Source: Zetaproteobacteria bacterium
Lineage (GTDB): Bacteria; Pseudomonadota; Zetaproteobacteria; Mariprofundales; Mariprofundaceae
Direction of reading: 5' to 3'
NCBI GenBank assembly: GCA_003695905.1
Contig: RFGS01000045.1
Coordinates: 1-54,681 of the forward strand
Length of the DNA stretch: 54,681 bases
Positions 50,130 to 54,681 of this stretch are shown in pieces (within the stretch, counting starts at the first letter, position 1; each line of letters opens with the position of its first letter). The notes beneath the pieces were generated by a model. That model was not told the DNA's origin. It was given only the letters and a program-made list of their open reading frames with translations, and searched no databases. The position numbers and the translations under genes were made by a program.

Positions 50130-50548
50130 CTTCCTACCCCGCGCACAACAATCTTTGTCCGGATGGGAAGCTTTGCCGCAGCTCGCTTAAGCGCTGCGCG
50201 GGCCACCTCCTCATCAACACCGGCCATTTCATAAAGGATGCGCCCGGCCTTGACAGCAGCGACCCAGTACTCGGGAGATCCCTTGCCACTACCCATGCGA
50301 ACCTCTGCAGGTTTCTTCGAAACCGGCAGATCCGGGAACATGCGGATCCATACGCGTCCCTGACGCTTGATATGGCGCGTGATAGCAATTCGGGCAGCTT
50401 CAATTTGCCTAGCTGTGATACGGCCTGGTTCAACAGCCTTCAGTCCAATATCACCAAAGTTCAAGCTGGCACCGCGATCGCTCTTACCACGAATGCGCTG
50501 CAGCTCCTTGTGATGTTTGCGCCAGCGAATCTTCTTAGGTTGCAACAT
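50126..50548 (-). CDS. rplP: 50S ribosomal protein L16
   Basis: [14 protein letters not shown]...[28 protein letters not shown]. Confidence 0.97.
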   Translation of the reverse strand: MLQPKKIRWRKHHKELQRIRGKSDRGASLNFGDIGLKAVEPGRITARQIEAARIAITRHIKRQGRVWIRMFPDLPVSKKPAEVRMGSGKGSPEYWVAAVKAGRILYEMAGVDEEVARAALKRAAAKLPIRTKIVVRGVGR

Positions 50549-50561
50549 CGTTCAATTCCTC

Positions 50562-51212
50562 TTATGCCTGCTGCTCGGCCTTTCCGGCTCCGAGCTTCTC
50601 ACCCTTGAACACCCAAACCTTGACACCAATGACCCCATAGGTCGTGCGTGCCTCAGCGAAACCATAATCAATATCCGCGCGCAGCGTATGCAGCGGAACC
50701 CTGCCCTCACGGTAGCCCTCGGTACGAGCAATCTCGGCCCCACCAAGACGCCCGGAACACTGAACTTTTACACCCTTGGCGCCCATGCGCAGAGCCGTCT
50801 GCATCGCCCGCTTCATCGCACGACGAAAGGCAATACGCTTCTCCAGCTGAAAAGCGATGTTTTCTGCAATCAACTGTGCCTCGGCTTCCGGGCTGCGGAT
50901 CTCCACGATATTGATCTGAATATCCCGGCCGAAACGATGCTTGAGATCCCGCCGCAGGGCATCAATCTCAGACCCCTTCTTGCCGATGACCACACCAGGA
51001 CGAGAGGTGTGAATGCTCACCCTGACACTCTCGGCAGGCCGTTCAATGACAATGCGTGAGACCCCTGCGTGCATCAAGCGCTTTTTGAGGTAACGCCGCA
51101 AGTTGATATCCTCAAGCAGCAGCTCACCATAATTCTTGTCCGCATACCACTGCGACTCCCAGTCGCGGATGATGCCAACACGAAATCCGATCGGATTGAC
51201 TTTCTGACCCAT
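50562..51212 (-). CDS. rpsC: 30S ribosomal protein S3
   Basis: [24 protein letters not shown], with a KH domain. Confidence 0.97.
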   Translation of the reverse strand: MGQKVNPIGFRVGIIRDWESQWYADKNYGELLLEDINLRRYLKKRLMHAGVSRIVIERPAESVRVSIHTSRPGVVIGKKGSEIDALRRDLKHRFGRDIQINIVEIRSPEAEAQLIAENIAFQLEKRIAFRRAMKRAMQTALRMGAKGVKVQCSGRLGGAEIARTEGYREGRVPLHTLRADIDYGFAEARTTYGVIGVKVWVFKGEKLGAGKAEQQA

Positions 51213-51223
51213 GCGATTCCCCT

Positions 51224-51562
51224 TTACTGTTCCCGTACAGCCACGTGCAAATGGCTGTGACGGTGAAAACGCTTGCGCATGCGACCCATTCCCTTGGGAC
51301 GGTAACGCTTCAGTACCATGCCCTGATCCACGCGGGCCTCGGCGACAACTAGGTTGTCCACATCAAGACCGTGGTTCTGTTCTGCATTGGCAATGGCCGA
51401 CCTGAGCACCTTCTCAAACAGGCGCGCTGACTTCTTGGGAGACAACGCCAGAACTGCAAGTGCGCGATCCACGGTGAGGCCGCGGATGGCATCGGCCATC
51501 AAACGGGCCTTCTGGGGGCTAATCTGACAATTCCTTGCCAGTGCTCGTACCATTTCAGACAT
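51224..51562 (-). CDS. rplV: 50S ribosomal protein L22
   Basis: [25 protein letters not shown]. Confidence 0.97.
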   Translation of the reverse strand: MSEMVRALARNCQISPQKARLMADAIRGLTVDRALAVLALSPKKSARLFEKVLRSAIANAEQNHGLDVDNLVVAEARVDQGMVLKRYRPKGMGRMRKRFHRHSHLHVAVREQ

Positions 51563-51568
51563 GCCTGC

Positions 51569-51847
51569 TTACCTCTTCCTCGCCTTTTTATCCGCACCAT
51601 GGCCGTAATAGGTGCGTGTTGGCGCGAATTCGCCCAGCTTGTGTCCAACCATGTTCTCCGTAACGTACACAGGGATGAACTTGTTGCCATTGTGAACAGC
51701 GAAGTTCAGTCCGACAAAATCTGGAGAAATGGTCGAGCGCCTTGACCAGGTCTTGATAACGCCCTTGAGTTTGCCAGCACGTGCCGCATCCACCTTCTTC
51801 TGAAGGGAAGGCTCGATATATGGACCCTTTTTCAATGAACGCGCCAT
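51569..51847 (-). CDS. rpsS: 30S ribosomal protein S19
   Basis: [15 protein letters not shown]...[28 protein letters not shown]. Confidence 0.97.
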   Translation of the reverse strand: MARSLKKGPYIEPSLQKKVDAARAGKLKGVIKTWSRRSTISPDFVGLNFAVHNGNKFIPVYVTENMVGHKLGEFAPTRTYYGHGADKKARKR

Positions 51848-51855
51848 GTTCTACC

Positions 51856-52686
51856 TCACTTCTGATGACGCCGGCGCACGATGTCGCGATCCGACGCCTT
51901 GTTCTTCTTGCGGGTTTTGTGTCCCTTGGTCGGCACACCCCATGGAGTCACAGGGTGCCGTCCGCCAGAAGTCCTTCCCTCACCGCCACCGTGCGGGTGG
52001 TCGACAGGATTCATGGCCACACCACGCACATTCGGACGCACTCCGAGCCAGCGCGAGCGACCCGCCTTGCCGATCTTGCGGTTGGCATGGTCGGCATTAC
52101 CCATGACGCCGATGCTGGCCAGACAGCGAACATCGACGCGACGAAACTCACCAGACGGGAGCTTGAGCACTGCCCTTCCGCCTTCCTTGCCCATCAGCTG
52201 AACCGATGTTCCTGCACTGCGGGCCAGCTGACCACCTTTGCCTGGCTTGAGCTCGACATTGTGCAGCAGGGTACCTACGCGTATGGCTGAAAGCGGCAGC
52301 GCATTTCCGGGCCTGATATCAGCATCCTCGCCGGACATGACCACATCTCCGGGCCTTAGTCCCTGCGGCGCAAGAATGTAACGCTTGTCGCCGTTGGCAA
52401 AATGAACCAGCGCGATATGCGCTGTGCGGTTCGGGTCGTATTCGATGCGCGCAACTTTACCTTCGATACCAAAGTTGTCACGCTTGAAATCGACCAGACG
52501 GTACAAGCGCTTGTGGCCGCCCCCTCGATGGCTCGACGTCACTCGCCCCTTATTGTTTCGACCGCCCTTTTTGCAAAGACCAACGGTCAGTGATTTCTCG
52601 GGCCCACCGCGATGTAGCGCGGGATCGACGACCGCAACACGACCGCGGGCACCATTGGTGATCGGTTTCAGAACTTTCAATGCCAT
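51856..52686 (-). CDS. rplB: 50S ribosomal protein L2
   Basis: 276 aa with [17 protein letters not shown] and [12 protein letters not shown]. Confidence 0.97.
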   Translation of the reverse strand: MALKVLKPITNGARGRVAVVDPALHRGGPEKSLTVGLCKKGGRNNKGRVTSSHRGGGHKRLYRLVDFKRDNFGIEGKVARIEYDPNRTAHIALVHFANGDKRYILAPQGLRPGDVVMSGEDADIRPGNALPLSAIRVGTLLHNVELKPGKGGQLARSAGTSVQLMGKEGGRAVLKLPSGEFRRVDVRCLASIGVMGNADHANRKIGKAGRSRWLGVRPNVRGVAMNPVDHPHGGGEGRTSGGRHPVTPWGVPTKGHKTRKKNKASDRDIVRRRHQK

Positions 52687-52689
52687 CGC

Positions 52690-52989
52690 TTATCCCTCTT
52701 CAACCATTTCAAGGGTCTGACCTTCTGCCAGGCGAACAATCGCCTTGCGGTAACCAGGCCGCGTGCCGACATGAAACCCACGCCGTTTGGGCTTCCCCGG
52801 CATGTTCATGATTTGCACCTTCTCCACGTTCACACCAAAGATCGCCTCAATGGCCTCCTTGACCTGCTTCTTGGTGGCGTGACGAGCAACCCTGAATGTA
52901 TATTGATTGGCCAGGCCGGTGGCCGCATAACTCTTTTCAGTCACCACCGGTTGGCGGATGACATCGTAATGATTGATCGTTGCACTCAT
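52690..52989 (-). CDS. rplW: 50S ribosomal protein L23
   Basis: DVIRQPVVTEKSY.....NQYTFRV...ATKKQVKEAIE. Confidence 0.97.
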   Translation of the reverse strand: MSATINHYDVIRQPVVTEKSYAATGLANQYTFRVARHATKKQVKEAIEAIFGVNVEKVQIMNMPGKPKRRGFHVGTRPGYRKAIVRLAEGQTLEMVEEG

Positions 52990-53606
52990 CCCAGACGCTC
53001 CTCGAGTTTGTCGACTGCCGCCTCGGTCAAGATCACGCGATCGGACTTGAGCAGATCAAACAGATTTAATTGACCATCCAGAACGATCTTGGTGCGTGGA
53101 ACATTGCGACCGGACAACTGCACATTGCGATCGGGCTGCGCCAACACGACAAGAGCAGACTCCGCATCAAAGTTGTTCAAAATCTGAACAAAGGACTTCG
53201 TCTTGATCTCCGGAAGATCGATCTTGTTGACCACGACCAGACGTCCATCACGCACGGCATCCGAAAGCACAAGCCGCAGAGCACGCTGGCGTTCCTTACG
53301 GTTAATCCGCGTGGTAAACACAGTTGGTTTTGGTCCATGGGCAATACCACCATGCCGCCATTGCGTCGCACGAATCGAACCCTGTCGCGCACGACCCGTT
53401 CCCTTCTGCCTCCAAGGCTTTTTGCCTCCACCGGAGACCTCAGAACGCGTCTTTGTCTTCCTCGTTCCACTGCGTTGAGCAGAAGCCAAAGCAGTGAACA
53501 CCCGATGCACATAACCCGTGTCGGTTTCGAGACCGAAAACCTTCGGGTTTAGCTCACGCTTGCCGATTTCGTTGTTGTTCTGATCAACGACTGTAATCTG
53601 AGCCAT
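52986..53606 (-). CDS. rplD: 50S ribosomal protein L4
   Basis: TRSEVSGGGKKPWRQKGTGRARQGSIR...WRHGG. Confidence 0.97.
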   Translation of the reverse strand: MAQITVVDQNNNEIGKRELNPKVFGLETDTGYVHRVFTALASAQRSGTRKTKTRSEVSGGGKKPWRQKGTGRARQGSIRATQWRHGGIAHGPKPTVFTTRINRKERQRALRLVLSDAVRDGRLVVVNKIDLPEIKTKSFVQILNNFDAESALVVLAQPDRNVQLSGRNVPRTKIVLDGQLNLFDLLKSDRVILTEAAVDKLEERLG

Positions 53607-53607
53607 G

Positions 53608-54240
53608 TTACGCTCCCTTCACGGCAGGGCGCACCTCAACAAGCCCACCACGCGGACCTGGCACGGCACCCTTGACCAGAATTCGATTGGCCTCGACATC
53701 GACGCGAATAACCTCAAGATTCTGAATGGTCTTACGCTCGTTGCCATAATGTCCCGGCATCTTCTTGCCGGGGAACACACGCCCAGGATCCTGGCACTGG
53801 CCAGTCGAGCCCATCTGTCGATGCACCTTCTCGGCACCATGCGAGGCGCGACCCCCACCAAAGTTGTATCGCTTCATCACACCAGCAAAGCCACGACCCT
53901 TGGATGTTCCGGATACATCGACTTTCTGGCCCTCCTGGAACATCGAGGCATCAAGACGCTGTCCGACCTCGGGCGCATCTCCTGCGGTCACCCTGAATTC
54001 CTTCAGGCCGCCCATAACCTCATGGCCATGCTTGGCATAATGCCCCTGTACAGCGCGCGTTTCATGCTTACGTGGCTGCCCATAACCAACCTGAACAGCA
54101 TCGTAGCCATCATTCTCGGCAGTCTTGCGCAAAATCACCTTGCACGGCTCGACGTTAAGCACCGTGACCGGCACAGCCGAACCATCCTCGGCAAAGACCT
54201 GTGTCATGCCCATCTTGCGGGCGATCAACCCTACACTCAT
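53608..54240 (-). CDS. rplC: 50S ribosomal protein L3
   Basis: Start re-assigned to [16 protein letters not shown]. Contains [17 protein letters not shown]. Confidence 0.97.
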   Translation of the reverse strand: MSVGLIARKMGMTQVFAEDGSAVPVTVLNVEPCKVILRKTAENDGYDAVQVGYGQPRKHETRAVQGHYAKHGHEVMGGLKEFRVTAGDAPEVGQRLDASMFQEGQKVDVSGTSKGRGFAGVMKRYNFGGGRASHGAEKVHRQMGSTGQCQDPGRVFPGKKMPGHYGNERKTIQNLEVIRVDVEANRILVKGAVPGPRGGLVEVRPAVKGA

Positions 54241-54253
54241 CTTTCGCCCCTCT

Positions 54254-54562
54254 TTATAACTTGATCTCGACATCTACGCCGGCCGGAAGATCAAGCTTCA
54301 TCAGCGCATCAACCGTCTGCGGGGTCGGCTTGTCAATATCCAACAACCGCTTATGTGTGCGAATCTCGAACTGCTCGCGTGAATCCTTGTACTTGTGCGG
54401 ACTGCGGATCACGCAAAACTTTCGCACCTTGGTTGGAATCGGGATCGGACCGCGAACCTCCGCCCCAGTCCGCTTTGCGGTCGCCACGATGTCGGCCGCA
54501 CTCTTGTCCAGAATGCGATGATCAAACGACTTCAGGCGAATTCGAATGCTTTGAGTTGCCAC
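54254..54562 (-). CDS. rpsJ: 30S ribosomal protein S10
   Basis: [15 protein letters not shown]...[17 protein letters not shown]. Confidence 0.97.
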   Translation of the reverse strand: MATQSIRIRLKSFDHRILDKSAADIVATAKRTGAEVRGPIPIPTKVRKFCVIRSPHKYKDSREQFEIRTHKRLLDIDKPTPQTVDALMKLDLPAGVDVEIKL

Positions 54563-54582
54563 TTGCGGCCCCCTTCTTCTGT

Positions 54583-54681
54583 TTACTCGATGATCTCGGT
54601 GACGACGCCTGCACCGACGGTGCGGCCGCCCTCACGGATCGCAAAACGAAGCTCCTTGTCCATCGCGATCGGCGTGATCAG
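54583..54681 (-). CDS. tuf: Elongation factor Tu, C-terminal end. The gene continues beyond the window end.
   Basis: Manual reverse translation gives [32 protein letters not shown] followed by a stop (TAA at 54585-54583). Lies directly upstream of rpsJ, as in str/S10 clusters. Confidence 0.9.
   Translation of the reverse strand: MITPIAMDKELRFAIREGGRTVGAGVVTEIIE

Overview
The window looks like a core chromosomal segment of a Gram-negative, Proteobacteria-like bacterium. LptE, MsbA, an AmiC-type amidase and DegP are all present, and GC is roughly in the mid-50s % by eye. Coding density is very high, and many neighbouring genes have start and stop codons that overlap by 1-4 nt (ATGA, GTGA or TGATG junctions).

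Gene content, left to right:
- pheA 5' end
- an uncharacterised DUF1538 x2 / PII-like / CBS cluster
- pcm
- argC, a hypothetical protein, a gamma-CA-like protein and a Ppx/GppA phosphatase
- DUF374, msbA, amiC, def and an ACT-domain protein
- a minimal ISC cluster (cysE, iscR, iscS, iscA)
- an M16 peptidase
- pnp and rpsO
- a radical-SAM gene, bioA, holA, lptE and leuS
- panBCD plus a COG2509-type FAD protein
- a cytochrome bd operon (cydP-like, cydA, cydB, and a cydX micro-ORF missing from the ORF track)
- a small lineage-specific block: a cpYpsA/SLOG protein, a glycerate-3-kinase-like P-loop kinase and a divergent Zn-phospholipase-C-like protein
- ligA, a tlpA-like gene, a grx-like gene, degP and rseC
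- nadB and acyP
- the complete S10-spc-alpha ribosomal protein supercluster (rpsJ to rplQ, including secY, adk, infA, rpmJ and rpoA)
- the 3' end of tuf

I recognised no rRNA, tRNA, CRISPR array, IS element, integrase or prophage gene.

The best candidates for undescribed biology are:
1. the translationally coupled DUF1538 pair + PII-like + CBS cluster (390-2680);
2. the SLOG-kinase pair with the divergent leaderless Zn-PLC-like gene (31395-33675).

All protein calls rest on remembered family motifs and on synteny. No database search was possible. Start codons were refined by hand from Shine-Dalgarno spacing and from typical N-termini of homologues.
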